Origin: an uncultured Nitrospiraceae bacterium
GTDB taxonomy: Bacteria; Nitrospirota; Thermodesulfovibrionia; Thermodesulfovibrionales; Dissulfurispiraceae
Assembly (NCBI GenBank): GCA_963705105.1
Contig: CAVPIW010000012.1
Location: forward strand, 320,001-384,000
DNA: 64,000 bases
Reading direction: 5' to 3'
The translations under genes and the position numbers were made by a program. The notes below the pieces were generated by a model. It searched no databases, had not been told where the DNA came from, and saw only the letters and a program-made list of their open reading frames with translations. This document shows, in pieces, positions 42,762-52,662 of this stretch; the first letter of the stretch is position 1; each line of letters begins with the position of its first letter.

Positions 42762-44292
42762 CTACTCCTTTATCTTCGACATCTTGTATTTCAGATCCAC
42801 CATGTCACGCATGCTCATGAGGTTGTTCGAGAGGTCCCACCACCCCCAGTGGAAGGTGGCGTAATCGGGCGCTCCCGTCATGGCCGACGCGTATTTCGTG
42901 GAGTTTGCATAGAAGAGCCACTGCTTGATCCACATCTGCTCGATCTGCTCGTCAAATGGGTTATCCTTCTGGGGCAGGCCCTTCTCGACACCCTTCGTCC
43001 ATGCGTCGACGAGCGTGAGGGTTGTGGCGAGGGTCATGTTGTCGGCCTCCTTGATCGTCGTCTCGAGCTTGGCAAAGTGTCCGTCGATCCAGTCTGGTGC
43101 TGTGGCAGTTTCCGCAGACCTTCGTGAAGGATTTGAACCGCCTGTCCTGCTCGGCCTTGTCGATGAGGAAGTCCGACGCCGGCTCGTTGACGAAGGTCGT
43201 CGGCAGTGGCAGCCCGTCCTTGTTCTTGATGATCGTCGTGTCGCCCGACTTCGGCTGCGGATGGCTGTAGACGAGGCCGAAGAGCCTCACCCAGAGCCGG
43301 GCCCCGAAGTCATGGTTCCTCTCGGCGACGACTGTGCCGTCGGGGGTGACGAGGAGGCTGTTGTGGCAGGTGGCGCAGGTGGGCGCCGTGAAGTCCTTGC
43401 CGATCGTCCAGGGGACGGCGTTGAACTCCCACTCCTTCTCCTTGGAGAAGTAGATGTTCCCGTGCTTGCTCTCCTTGTAGACGTTCCAGCCAGGGACGTC
43501 CGGCTCAAGGTGGCACTGCGCGCAGGTGTATGGTTTCCGTGCGATCTCGATGGAGAAGGAATGGCGGGGATGGCAGATGGTGCAGGCGCCCATCGTGCCG
43601 TCGGGATTGAGCCGGCCCGTGCCCTGGTTCGGCCAGTTCGTCAGATCGGGGACTTTGACATCGCCCATCGTGGTGGCGACGGTCTTCGTACCGGCGACCT
43701 GGACATCCGTCCCATGGCAGGAGAGGCAGGTCTCGCGGAGGGTGTTGTCCGTCGGCTTTTCAACGACCACTTTGCCGTCCTTGATCTTCTTCAGCCCCGT
43801 CACCGTAGAGACGAGGGTGTGGTAGACGGGGTTCTTCATGATGTTCGCATAGGCGTTCGCCTTCTTGCTGCCGGCGTATTCCTTCACTTCCTGGGGATGG
43901 CAGGTGCTGCAGTCGTTGGGGCTCATGACGATGCTGATCTTGAAGCCCATGTGGTCGAAGCTGTCCTTGTGCTTGTCCGCATTGAGACTGTGGCACTCAT
44001 AGCACCCCACATTGACTCCCGCCAGTTCGCTTTTGACGCTGGCCGCGGAGACCCTCTTCTCGAGTGTCGCCTTCTTAAGCGCCTCGCCGGGGGTTGTCAT
44101 GGCATGCCTGCTCGTCATCCAGTCCTTGACGATGCCCGGCGTATAGATCTTGTGGCAGGCTATGCAGCTTTGCGTCTGGGAGCTGAGGTTTTCGCCCGCC
44201 TTCCCTTCGTGCTGCTTCGAAAGAACGATTGTTGAGGACAGAAGGAGCATCGCCAGCGCGATGACCACGGGTAGCCCGTACCTTCTCTTCAT
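42762..44292 (-). CDS. Octaheme c-type cytochrome, HAO-like (+1 frameshift ~43095)
   Basis: Signal peptide; eight CxxCH (CIACH, CYECH, CSTCH, CLSCH, CTICH, CAQCH, CATCH, CGNCH); helical C-terminus in the next frame. Confidence 0.88.
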
Positions 44293-44373
44293 TGTTGTCA
44301 CTCCTTTCTCGGGTATCGGTCCTCCGGAGAGGGCCGTGTTGTGTTCCCCGCTACCTTTTCCCCTTCTTAATAA

Positions 44374-44556
44374 ACCTTTCGGTTACATGCAAAGCAGGGC
44401 GAAGCACTCTGAAAACAGTGTCAGTGTCGGAAAAGATGTCCAGTTCTCCTGACATCGGCTTATGCCTCGTCTTCCGTAACGATACAGGTGTCGCCGCAGG
44501 AAGGTTTTCAGAGCATACACCCCGCCTTTCGGTCAGGCCTATGCAACGCGATAAAG
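44374..44556. mobile_element. Diverged MITE copy
   Basis: gatacaggtgtcgccgcaggaaggtttt..ccccgcctttc..atgcaac; GTGTCA tract; flanks TAAA/CAAA. Confidence 0.7.
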
Positions 44557-44630
44557 CAAACAATCAGTCCCGGCATAAGGCAGAGCGAAGCGCCTCATCT
44601 TCGCCCCGCCTTTCGCCGGGTTACCAATGA

Positions 44631-45125
44631 TTAATCGATCTTCTTGAATGCATGCTTCCTGGCGCCGCAGACCGGGCATGCATCGGGCGCCTCGTTTTCG
44701 ACTGTAAAACCGCAGATCGGGCAGACATAGATGTCCGTCTCCTTTACGCTGTCGAGGGTGTCGAGGTATTTCTGGTAGAGCGCCGCATGGATTTTTTCGA
44801 CCTCATTGGCATACGTGAAGGTCCTGACGGCGCCCTTGTTCCCCTCGGCCTCGGCTTCCTTGATCATGTCGGGGTACATGCTCTTGAACTCATGGGTCTC
44901 GCCCGCCACCGCTTCGGCGAGGTTCTCTTTCGTTTTCCTGATACCGCCCAGTTCGCGCAAATGATTGTGGGCGTGGATCGTTTCAGCCTCGGCAGCGGCC
45001 CTGAAGAGCTTCGCCACCTGTTTGTACCCTTCCTTGTCCGCCATGGCGGCGAAGGCGAGGTACTTCCTGTTCGCCTGAGATTCTCCTGCAAACGCCTCCT
45101 TGAGATTCTTTTCCGATTTCGTCAT
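44631..45125 (-). CDS. rbr: Rubrerythrin
   Basis: AFAGESQANRKY, EExH-type motifs, C-terminal CPIC/CPVC. Confidence 0.95.
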   Translation of the reverse strand: MTKSEKNLKEAFAGESQANRKYLAFAAMADKEGYKQVAKLFRAAAEAETIHAHNHLRELGGIRKTKENLAEAVAGETHEFKSMYPDMIKEAEAEGNKGAVRTFTYANEVEKIHAALYQKYLDTLDSVKETDIYVCPICGFTVENEAPDACPVCGARKHAFKKID

Positions 45126-45179
45126 AGGTTCTCCTCCTTGCTGTTCGGGATCTATCGGTGGGCGGACTGTCTGTCCGCA

Positions 45180-46394
45180 TTAAATTGTTTCGTCATAGGC
45201 TTTGACCTTCTGCGCGAAGGCCTTTCCGTACTCGTAACACGCCGTTTCGTCCTCGACAGAGGGTTTGTAGAGGATCTGGAGACCCGGCTCACAGAGCTCG
45301 AGACCCATTTTCCTGAACTCCTCGTATATATCCTTGACGGCGCCGCCGCTCCAGCCGTAACTTCCGAAAGCGCCGACAATCCTCTTCTTCGGCCGTAAGC
45401 CGCGGAGCTGCGACAGGAACTGGGCTATCGTCGGGTACATGATGTTGTTGAGTGTCGGCGATCCGATGAGGGTGCCCCGTGACCTCCAGAATTCCTTGAT
45501 GGCGACGCTCATCGGCGTCGATCTCAGCTTGATGACCTTGCATTCGACGCCCTCGTCCTTGATGCCCTGCATCAGCGGCGTCGTCATCTGCTCGGTGCTG
45601 TGCCACATGGTGTCGTAGATGATCGAGACGGCCAGCCTCGCTTTGTTGTCAGCCATATCGAGGTACATCTGGAGCACCTTCCCGGGATTCTGCCTCCATA
45701 TGATGCCGTGATCAGGGGCGATGATGTCGATCTCGAGGCCGAGCTTCTGGATCTCGGCGATCTTGTTCTTGATGAGCTGCCCGAAGGGCATGAGGATGTT
45801 TGCGTAATAATCGACGACGGAGTCTTCGAGCTCGGACATGGTTTCACAGGTCAGGAACTCGTCGTCGAACCTCATGGCCGACGCGATGTGCTGGCCGAAG
45901 GCGTCCTGGCTGATAAGGACCTTGTCCTCTTTGATGTATGTCACCATGGAGTCCGGCCAGTGCAGCATCGGCGTTTCGAGGAAGAGCAGGGTGCGCTTCC
46001 CGATCGAGAGCGTGTCGCCGCTCTTGACGGTCTTGACGGTCCACTTCGACATGTCGAAAAACCGTTCAAGGCCTTTCTTGCCCCTTTCTGTGATATAGAT
46101 CGTCGCCTGGGGTGTGTACTCCATGATCTTGTCGATGCTCGTGGCGTGGTCGTTTTCGATGTGGTTGATGATGATGTTCTTGATCTTCGCAGGATCGACG
46201 AGTCCCTTGATGTTCTTTATGGTAATGTCGGCGAAGTCATGTTTGACCGTGTCGATGAGTGTGATATCGTCGTCGAGGATGAGATAGTTGTTATAGGTCG
46301 ATCCCCGCGGCGTGATGTAGCCGTGAAAATCCCTGATGGCCCAGTCGATGGCACCGACCCAGTAGATGCCGTTCCTTACCTCAACTGCCTTCAT
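45180..46394 (-). CDS. fprA: Flavodiiron protein FprA
   Basis: HIENDH, HWPDS, DAFGQH, PDHG, FGSYGWSG. Confidence 0.95.
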   Translation of the reverse strand: MKAVEVRNGIYWVGAIDWAIRDFHGYITPRGSTYNNYLILDDDITLIDTVKHDFADITIKNIKGLVDPAKIKNIIINHIENDHATSIDKIMEYTPQATIYITERGKKGLERFFDMSKWTVKTVKSGDTLSIGKRTLLFLETPMLHWPDSMVTYIKEDKVLISQDAFGQHIASAMRFDDEFLTCETMSELEDSVVDYYANILMPFGQLIKNKIAEIQKLGLEIDIIAPDHGIIWRQNPGKVLQMYLDMADNKARLAVSIIYDTMWHSTEQMTTPLMQGIKDEGVECKVIKLRSTPMSVAIKEFWRSRGTLIGSPTLNNIMYPTIAQFLSQLRGLRPKKRIVGAFGSYGWSGGAVKDIYEEFRKMGLELCEPGLQILYKPSVEDETACYEYGKAFAQKVKAYDETI

Positions 46395-46456
46395 AGAGCC
46401 TCCTTTGCGTCTATATTATTAACGTGGCAACCAAACAGATGAATCATCCTAAGCTT

Positions 46457-46530
46457 TGTCATTCCGGCTTGTCCGGAATCCTTCTGATTTTCACAAGGAT
46501 TGCCGACGCGCTCCGCTTGCGGCAATGACG
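46457..46530. repeat. gtcatt...aatgac REP-like palindrome
   Basis: gtcattccggcttgtccggaatcc...ggattgccg...cggcaatgac. Confidence 0.7.
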
Positions 46531-46795
46531 GCTTTACAAATATTTATTTGCCGGGTTGTAGATTAACCTTTCAGTTTTTCCGATCGCTTATGCCATAGAT
46601 TCAGGTGCAGATGAATCTCAGTGAGCAACATAGTATGCCCGCTCACAGACGAAGGCCACAGGCCGGACGAAAGGGATCGTTGCGGCACACCCTCTATCCT
46701 CCCCCTGTGGCCTTGCGAACGGGTTATCCCGCGAAACGGAATCTATGAGTCGCCGTGCCGACGGATGTCGCGCACCGGCCGGGTTCTCCAGCCCT

Positions 46796-46930
46796 TTACG
46801 AGCAGGTGAATCCCTCTCCGACAAGCGCCATCGGCTGACCGCAGCAGACGAGCACACCGGCGGCGGCCGTTGACACGACAACCTCGTTCCCGCAAACATT
46901 GCATTTGTACTTCTGTCCCTTCTTTGTCAT
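46796..46930 (-). CDS. Desulforedoxin-like FeS4 protein, 44 aa (below the ORF-track cutoff)
   Basis: MTKKGQKYKCNVCGNEVVVSTAAGGVLVCCGQPM; AGGAGG RBS. Confidence 0.88.
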   Translation of the reverse strand: MTKKGQKYKCNVCGNEVVVSTAAAGVLVCCGQPMALVGEGFTCS

Positions 46931-46960
46931 GACTGATTCCTCCTTTTATTGTGTTTTGGT

Positions 46961-47440
46961 TTAGCCGACTTTTTCGAATGCGTCCTTCGTCGCCTTGCAG
47001 ACGGGGCATCGCCAGTCATCAGGAAGCGACTCAAAGGGCGTCTGTTCGATCTGTTCCTTGTACAGCCACTTGCAGGCGGAGCAGCGCCAGAGGCCGCCAT
47101 CCTCACGCGCGCCGGTTTTCGAGACGACCTCCCATCCGCGCTCGATCCATTCCTCGAGACGGGGAGGGTAGAATCCGGAGAAGATCGTCTTGTCGCGGGC
47201 GTCCTCCATCTGGACCTCGACTGTATAGTCGCCCTTCTTTACCGTATATCCCCAGGTGAATGCATCCTTCGTATCGGGGGCGGTCGTCTTGCCCGTATAT
47301 TGAATCGTCGTGCCCCTGCTCTTGACCTTCGACCAGCTGTGGCAGCAGGCGAGTATGGATGTGCAGCCGCATTTGGCCCCCTTCACCTCGAGCCCGTCGA
47401 CACTGAACCCTCCGGGCACCTTTTCAACAGTGATTTCCAT
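46961..47440 (-). CDS. Protein with Cys-rich N-domain and C-terminal rubredoxin
   Basis: CGC....CC N-terminus; WRCSAC...[10 protein letters not shown]. Confidence 0.85.
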   Translation of the reverse strand: MEITVEKVPGGFSVDGLEVKGAKCGCTSILACCHSWSKVKSRGTTIQYTGKTTAPDTKDAFTWGYTVKKGDYTVEVQMEDARDKTIFSGFYPPRLEEWIERGWEVVSKTGAREDGGLWRCSACKWLYKEQIEQTPFESLPDDWRCPVCKATKDAFEKVG

Positions 47441-47446
47441 GTTTTT

Positions 47447-47863
47447 CTATTCCTCCAGCAGTGTGGAGAATGAAGCGTGGTGCTCTTCCTCTTCTGCGAG
47501 AATGCCCTCGAAGAGCCTCTTCGTCACGATGTCCTTTTCCTTCTCCGCAAGGGCGATGATCTCGCGGTAAAGTATGATCGCGTCCTCCTCGGCCTTCTTG
47601 TCCGCCTCGATCATTTCCTTCATGCTGTTGCCGACAAAAATCGGCGTCGGCTTTGTCGTCGGGACGCCGCCCAGATAGTCGAGCCGCTCGGCGATCTCCT
47701 CGGCGTGCTTCATCTCGGTGATGGCGAATCTCTTGAAGATGCCGCCGACAGTCTCGGCGTGGAGTCCCTTGACCTGCACGTGCTGCCACATGTACTGAAC
47801 GCTCACCTGGATCTCCCTCGCGATGGCATCGTTCAGCTTGTCGAGTAATTTCTTGCTTGCCAT
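47447..47863 (-). CDS. Ferritin-like (bacterioferritin-like) protein
   Basis: E..QY, EMKHAE, EEDAI..Y, EEEHH diiron residues. Confidence 0.9.
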   Translation of the reverse strand: MASKKLLDKLNDAIAREIQVSVQYMWQHVQVKGLHAETVGGIFKRFAITEMKHAEEIAERLDYLGGVPTTKPTPIFVGNSMKEMIEADKKAEEDAIILYREIIALAEKEKDIVTKRLFEGILAEEEEHHASFSTLLEE

Positions 47864-47994
47864 GAATGCCTCCTCTGCATAAAAACCTGCGTCGGTCTCA
47901 AATCAAAATTTGCACGTACCATGATAATACACTGTGCAGACCCTGTCAACAATAACAATTCCCTGTCTGAAGGGTCTCGCATGTCGTCAATGTA

Positions 47995-48068
47995 CCCTTT
48001 CGGTTGCAAGAAAAGGCTGCGCATTCACCCCAGCCCCACCTTTTCGGAAGGCCTATGCGATGATAAGA
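47995..48068. mobile_element. Internally deleted MITE (ends only)
   Basis: ccctttcggttgcaagaaaagg...ccttttcggaaggcctatgcgatgataag. Confidence 0.55.
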
Positions 48069-48099
48069 CATACGTAGCGGGCGGCCTTGCAGACCGGGA

Positions 48100-48204
48100 T
48101 CAGGCCTTTGCCATCGTCCCCTTTTCACCGCAACTCGGACATTTCTGGGGCTTGCACCTGCCCTCTTTCGTCGCTCCGCATTTACTGCAGGTAAAAACCG
48201 CCAT
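48100..48204 (-). CDS. RCKP-type rubredoxin-like peptide, 34 aa (below the ORF-track cutoff)
   Basis: MAVFTCSKCGATKEGRCKPQKCPSCGEKGTMAKA; AGGAGGTGA RBS. Confidence 0.85.
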   Translation of the reverse strand: MAVFTCSKCGATKEGRCKPQKCPSCGEKGTMAKA

Positions 48205-48254
48205 CTCCGATCACCTCCTTGGCGTTGTGTGAATGATTCTTCCTGCGAAAGCAC

Positions 48255-48656
48255 TCACCCTTTATCCTTGCAGGAGGGGCAAATGCCGTAAAACTCTATA
48301 TGACTCCCAATTATATCAAAATCACCCCGCTCGGTGGGGGGAAGATGCACCTTGTATTCGACATTGACATCGACGATCTTCCGGCAGCGTGTGCAGATGA
48401 GATGCTGATGATCGGCCGTATCGGGATCGAACCTTTTTTTGCGGGGATCGATGTGCACTTCCCTCACCTGTCCCCGCTCCTTCAGGAGTTCGAGCGTGTT
48501 GTAGACCGTGGCGAGGGAGAGCGAAGGATAGGTGCGCACGATCGTCCTGTGGATGTCCTCCGCTGAGGGGTGGTCCTTGTTTCCTTCCAGATAGGCCAGG
48601 ATCGCCATCCTCTGGGGTGTAAGCTTCAGCTTTCTGTTCTTGAGTACCTGTTGCAT
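48255..48656 (-). CDS. Fur family regulator, PerR-like
   Basis: LTPQR, HPSAE, ATVYNTL, HQHLICTRC, GICPSC; heads an oxidative-stress cluster. Confidence 0.9.
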   Translation of the reverse strand: MQQVLKNRKLKLTPQRMAILAYLEGNKDHPSAEDIHRTIVRTYPSLSLATVYNTLELLKERGQVREVHIDPRKKRFDPDTADHQHLICTRCRKIVDVNVEYKVHLPPTERGDFDIIGSHIEFYGICPSCKDKG

Positions 48657-48677
48657 CTTATAAATTATAAATATTCC

Positions 48678-48717
48678 AATTTAAGAAACATTATCAAATT
48701 AGAATCTTTCTTGTCAA
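48678..48717 (-). promoter_or_regulatory. Sigma70 promoter overlapped by a Fur/PerR-like AT-rich box
   Basis: Minus strand TTGACA-N16-GATAAT; aatttGATAATGTTTCTTAaatt quasi-palindrome. Confidence 0.6.
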
Positions 48718-48930
48718 GTCCATTCCCCTCGTGTGTGAGTGCAAGTGATGATCGGGGAACCCTGTTGTTGCGATAGGACCTCGGGAAAGGCGGGGCACTT
48801 TGTCCCGCCTTTTTATTACGACTGAACGGAGAATTCATGTGTCTCAGATCGTGTCAGACTCGCATTCTCACATTCGCACTCACCTTCGCACTTACACTGA
48901 CACTATGCACGGTTCATGGTACACTAATAC

Positions 48931-50457
48931 ATGGCTCAAAGGGATGGGCATAAGGTCCTTATCCGGGGCGTCAACTGGATCGGCGATGCCGTGATGACCA
49001 TTCCCGCCCTCAGGGCGGTGAGGGCCAATTTCCCCGGATCATCGATATCACTTCTCGTGAGGCCCTCGGTGGCCCCGCTCTTTGATCGTGAACCTGCCGT
49101 CGACGAGATTATTCAGTACGGACACGAGTTCAGGGGAGTCAGCGGCAGGATGAAACTGGCGTCTACCTTGCGGGCGAAAGGGTTCACGACGGCTATTCTT
49201 TTTCAGAACGCCTTTGACGCCGCTCTTCTCGTTTCACTGGCCGGGGTCCCCGAGCGGATCGGATACAACAGGGACGGCAGGGGCATTCTGCTGACGAAGG
49301 CCGTTTCTTTCCGCGGCGAGGACCGGAAGCTGCACCACATCGATTACTATCTCAATCTGCTCGACAAGGCAGGCTATACATCCGAGAGGTCGAGACCATG
49401 GCTTCGCCTCACCCTTGAAGAGAGACTGGCCGCGCGGGAGACACTCAGCACGATGTCCAGGCCCATTCTCGGCATCAATCCCGGCGCCGCCTTCGGATCG
49501 GCCAAGCGGTGGGTTCTCGAGCGGTTTGCAGAGGTCGCCCGGTCGTTCACGGAAGAGACCGGGGGAAGCGTCGCGGTCTTTGGTGGAAAGGATGAAGCTG
49601 CCACGGCGCGGTATGTTCAGGCGCTCATTCCTCACCGGTCACGGAGCTTCGCGGGAAGGACGTCTCTCAGGGAGCTCGTCGCCCTAATTGCCGAATGCGA
49701 CGTCGTTGTATCGAACGACTCCGGCCCCATGCACATCGCCTATGCCGTCGGTACCCCCGTTGTCGCGATCTTCGGATCGACGGACCCGAAACTGACAGGC
49801 CCCGCCGGAGAAGGGAGCACCGTCGTTCAATCCGGGGTCCCCTGCAGCCCCTGCTTTGAGCGGACCTGCAGGGAGAAGCACCTGGCATGCATGGATGGCA
49901 TCTCGGCTGATGCCGTTTTTGAAGCTGTGCGGACCCTGACACCGCGCAGGAGGGCCGTCTTTTTCGACCGCGACGGCACGCTTTGCAGGGACGCTGACTA
50001 CCTGAACAGATGGGAGGATTTTTCGGTCTTCCCTGAAATCGAAGCACTCGATGCCCTGAAGACAGCCGGTTTTTCCCTCGTCGGCGTGTCGAACCAGTCC
50101 GGCATCGGGCGGGGCATCGTCGATGAGTCCTTTGCCAGGGACGTCAACAGGGTATTCATCGAGCGCTACGGGTTCGACGATTTCCTGTATTGTCCCCACA
50201 GGCCGGAGGAACTATGTTTTTGCAGAAAGCCCGAGCCGGCGATGCTGATCGAGGCGAAGGAGAGGTTGAGCATCGATCTCAGAAAATCCTACGTCGTCGG
50301 CGACAAGGATGACGACATGCTCCTCGCCAGGGCCGTCGGGGCCAGGGGGATTCTTGTCACCACGGGAAAGCTTCGCGAGTCCGTCCATGCCGATCACATC
50401 GCGCGGGACCTCAGGGAAGCAGTACGGATTATCCTCGGAGACAGCGATGAGCGCTGA
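48931..50457 (+). CDS. waaF: Heptosyltransferase II fused to D,D-heptose bisphosphate phosphatase (WaaF-GmhB)
   Basis: NWIGDAVM, NDSGPMH; then FFDRDGT, NQSGIG, YCPH, RKP. Confidence 0.9.
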   Translation: MAQRDGHKVLIRGVNWIGDAVMTIPALRAVRANFPGSSISLLVRPSVAPLFDREPAVDEIIQYGHEFRGVSGRMKLASTLRAKGFTTAILFQNAFDAALLVSLAGVPERIGYNRDGRGILLTKAVSFRGEDRKLHHIDYYLNLLDKAGYTSERSRPWLRLTLEERLAARETLSTMSRPILGINPGAAFGSAKRWVLERFAEVARSFTEETGGSVAVFGGKDEAATARYVQALIPHRSRSFAGRTSLRELVALIAECDVVVSNDSGPMHIAYAVGTPVVAIFGSTDPKLTGPAGEGSTVVQSGVPCSPCFERTCREKHLACMDGISADAVFEAVRTLTPRRRAVFFDRDGTLCRDADYLNRWEDFSVFPEIEALDALKTAGFSLVGVSNQSGIGRGIVDESFARDVNRVFIERYGFDDFLYCPHRPEELCFCRKPEPAMLIEAKERLSIDLRKSYVVGDKDDDMLLARAVGARGILVTTGKLRESVHADHIARDLREAVRIILGDSDER

Positions 50458-51487
50458 GTCACGGTACATAAGGATGCCGGTGCCCCAGAAGATCCTCATC
50501 ATCAAGCCGAGCTCCCTCGGAGACGTGGTCCACGGCCTGCCCTTTCTTGCGGCGATGAGAGATCTGTACCCGAAGGCCGAAATTCACTGGCTGATCGCCG
50601 CGGGGCTCGACGGCTTGCTCCTCAGTCATCCTATGGTGAACAGGCTCTGGGTCGTCAACAAGGACCGGTGGAAACGCGCGCGCAACGCCCCGGAAACGGT
50701 CGCCGAGATGGCCCAGTTGGCCCGGGACCTGCGGAACGAGGCTTTCGACATGGTCGTCGACCTCCAGGGACTTCTGAGGAGCGGGCTGATGACGTTCAGC
50801 ACCGGCGCGCCGATCAGGATCGGTTTCCGCGAGGCCCGGGAGGGGAGCGCCCTCTTCTATACCCATAAAATCGGGAGCGGCAGGGATGTGCACGCCGTGG
50901 ACCGCTTGATGACGATCGCGGCGGCCCTCGGATACTACGGTGACGAGATCACTTTTCCTCTGCCGCTCGTCAAGGAACCTGAAGAAATGCGTGCACTGAA
51001 GGATGACATGGGAGACTATGCCGTGATCATACCCGGCGCCCGCTGGAAAACGAAGCAATGGCCTGCCGACCGGTTCGGGAGACTGGCGGCGCTCCTGCCG
51101 GAACGGAGTATCGTCGTCGGGAGCAAGGCCGATGCAGACATCGCCGACACGGTTGTGGCGCACTCCGGCGGGAAAGCTGTCTCCATGGCCGGGAAGACGG
51201 ACCTCAGGGAGTTGATCTGCCTCATAAGGGGTGCACGGTACGCCGTGAGCAACGATTCGGGGCCCATGCACATCGCGGCGGCCGTCGGAAAACCGGTCGT
51301 TGCCGTCTTCGGTCCCACGAACCCTGTCAGGACCGGACCCTACGGCAGAGGACACCGCGTCGTCCAGGCGACCCTCTCCTGTGGTCCCTGTTACAAGAAG
51401 ACGTGCCGGGACCTGCGCTGCATGGAGGCTGTCTCTGTCGAGCAGGTCTATGAGGCGGTCAGGGATGTTACCCCTGCAATTGCATGA
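50447..51487 (+). CDS. GT9 LPS heptosyltransferase (WaaC-like)
   Basis: KPSSLGDVVH, DLQGLLRS, NDSGPMH, FGPT. Confidence 0.9.
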   Translation: MSAESRYIRMPVPQKILIIKPSSLGDVVHGLPFLAAMRDLYPKAEIHWLIAAGLDGLLLSHPMVNRLWVVNKDRWKRARNAPETVAEMAQLARDLRNEAFDMVVDLQGLLRSGLMTFSTGAPIRIGFREAREGSALFYTHKIGSGRDVHAVDRLMTIAAALGYYGDEITFPLPLVKEPEEMRALKDDMGDYAVIIPGARWKTKQWPADRFGRLAALLPERSIVVGSKADADIADTVVAHSGGKAVSMAGKTDLRELICLIRGARYAVSNDSGPMHIAAAVGKPVVAVFGPTNPVRTGPYGRGHRVVQATLSCGPCYKKTCRDLRCMEAVSVEQVYEAVRDVTPAIA

Positions 51488-51813
51488 AAAGGCGGGACAA
51501 AGTGCCTCAAGGCCTTGCTGACAGCGATCCTCCCTCTGGGAAGGCAGATATGGTTCAAAGCCTTTCCAATGCGATGATGAGACATTATAAAGTGTTCAGC
51601 GCCTGTCGCCTGACGGGCATTTGGGATCGATAGACACGGCAAAGGGTGGTCTGGGGACGAGTAAGGTATCTTAGCGGAAAGGCTTTTCACCACATCAGCC
51701 TTCCCGTCGGGGTATGTCTGGTTTCTGTCTGTTGGCTACTGTGTGCTGTCTACTGTATATTTTGCAGGGCATCTTCGCCCCGACTTTCAGGAAGCTCTAC
51801 CGTATAGATAAGG
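51471..51813. mobile_element. Expanded MITE copy overlapping the heptosyltransferase stop
   Basis: Left end cccctgcaattgcatgaaaaggcgggac..., right end catcttcgccccgactttc..gataagg. Confidence 0.65.
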
Positions 51814-51832
51814 CAAACGAGGAGGAGGAACG

Positions 51833-52267
51833 ATGAAATATCAGGTTGGAGAGACGGGACGAGTGGTCGTCTCGCGTTTTGAGGACGGGGAGAACGTGCT
51901 TCAGGGTCTCATCGACATCGCGAAGAAGGAAAACATACGGGCCGGCGTCGTCTACCTCGTCGGCGGGCTCAAGGGCGGGCGGTTCGTCGTCGGGCCCGAG
52001 AAGGAGCAGATGCCTCCCGTTCCGGTCTGGCGGGAGCTGAAGGAGAGCCACGAGATCCTCGGCTTCGGAACGATCTTCTGGCAGGGAGAAGAGCCGAAGG
52101 TCCACTTCCACGGGGCATACGGCAAACGTGACGAGGTGAGGGTGGGCTGCCTGCGGGAGGCGTCGGAGACCTTTCTCGTCCTCGAAGCCGTTATCGTCGA
52201 GATGAAGGGGATAACGGCCGTGCGGGAGCTCGATCCCGTCTCGGGACTCGTGCTGCTGAAGCTCTGA
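51833..52267 (+). CDS. PPC/DUF296 domain protein
   Basis: RFEDGE, EILGFG, HFHGAYG, GCL..LEAVI. Confidence 0.88.
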   Translation: MKYQVGETGRVVVSRFEDGENVLQGLIDIAKKENIRAGVVYLVGGLKGGRFVVGPEKEQMPPVPVWRELKESHEILGFGTIFWQGEEPKVHFHGAYGKRDEVRVGCLREASETFLVLEAVIVEMKGITAVRELDPVSGLVLLKL

Positions 52268-52500
52268 ATGGCCCAAAAAGTGTGAGTGTGAGTCATTGGT
52301 GTCCAAAATAACGTGACACGTGGATAGGGCATCCCTATCCACGCCTTCAAGGTCTCGCTGCGAGTTGTTTTAGTCACCTCTAAGTGTGAGTGGAAGGAAT
52401 CATTGTCACGGGTCTTTTGCAACATCCGGGGTTATTTGATAACATACATCGTTTCTGATTTGTCTGCCCGCTGTTGACTGCAAAGTCGACAGCTTTTCCT

Positions 52501-52587
52501 GGAGGGGTGGCCGAGCGGTTTAAGGCGACGGTCTTGAAAATCGTTGTAGGGGTAACTCTACCGTGGGTTCGAATCCCACCCCCTCCG
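52501..52587 (+). tRNA. tRNA-Ser (anticodon TGA)
   Basis: GGAGGGG/CCCCTCC acceptor stem, CT-TGA-AA loop, long variable arm, GGTTCGAATC, G discriminator, no encoded CCA. Confidence 0.97.
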
Positions 52588-52662
52588 CTCCTTTCCATCG
52601 TGAGGCCATCTATCTTCGTACAATCAGCCTTGCATGAAAAGGCATGTCAATGCCGGAAGGCT

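Noticed and set aside
46640..46715. Riboswitch or sRNA between fprA and the desulforedoxin-like gene
   Set aside because: A hairpin (aggccacagg/cctgtggcct) is present but I recognise no family motif.
52319..52343. Hairpin cgtggataggg-cat-ccctatccacg as a terminator
   Set aside because: Perfect stem but no U-tract and only one copy seen; its function cannot be assigned.
52501..52587. tRNA-Sec or UGA suppressor
   Set aside because: The anticodon is TGA (reads UCA, Ser), not TCA, and the acceptor stem is a normal 7 bp.
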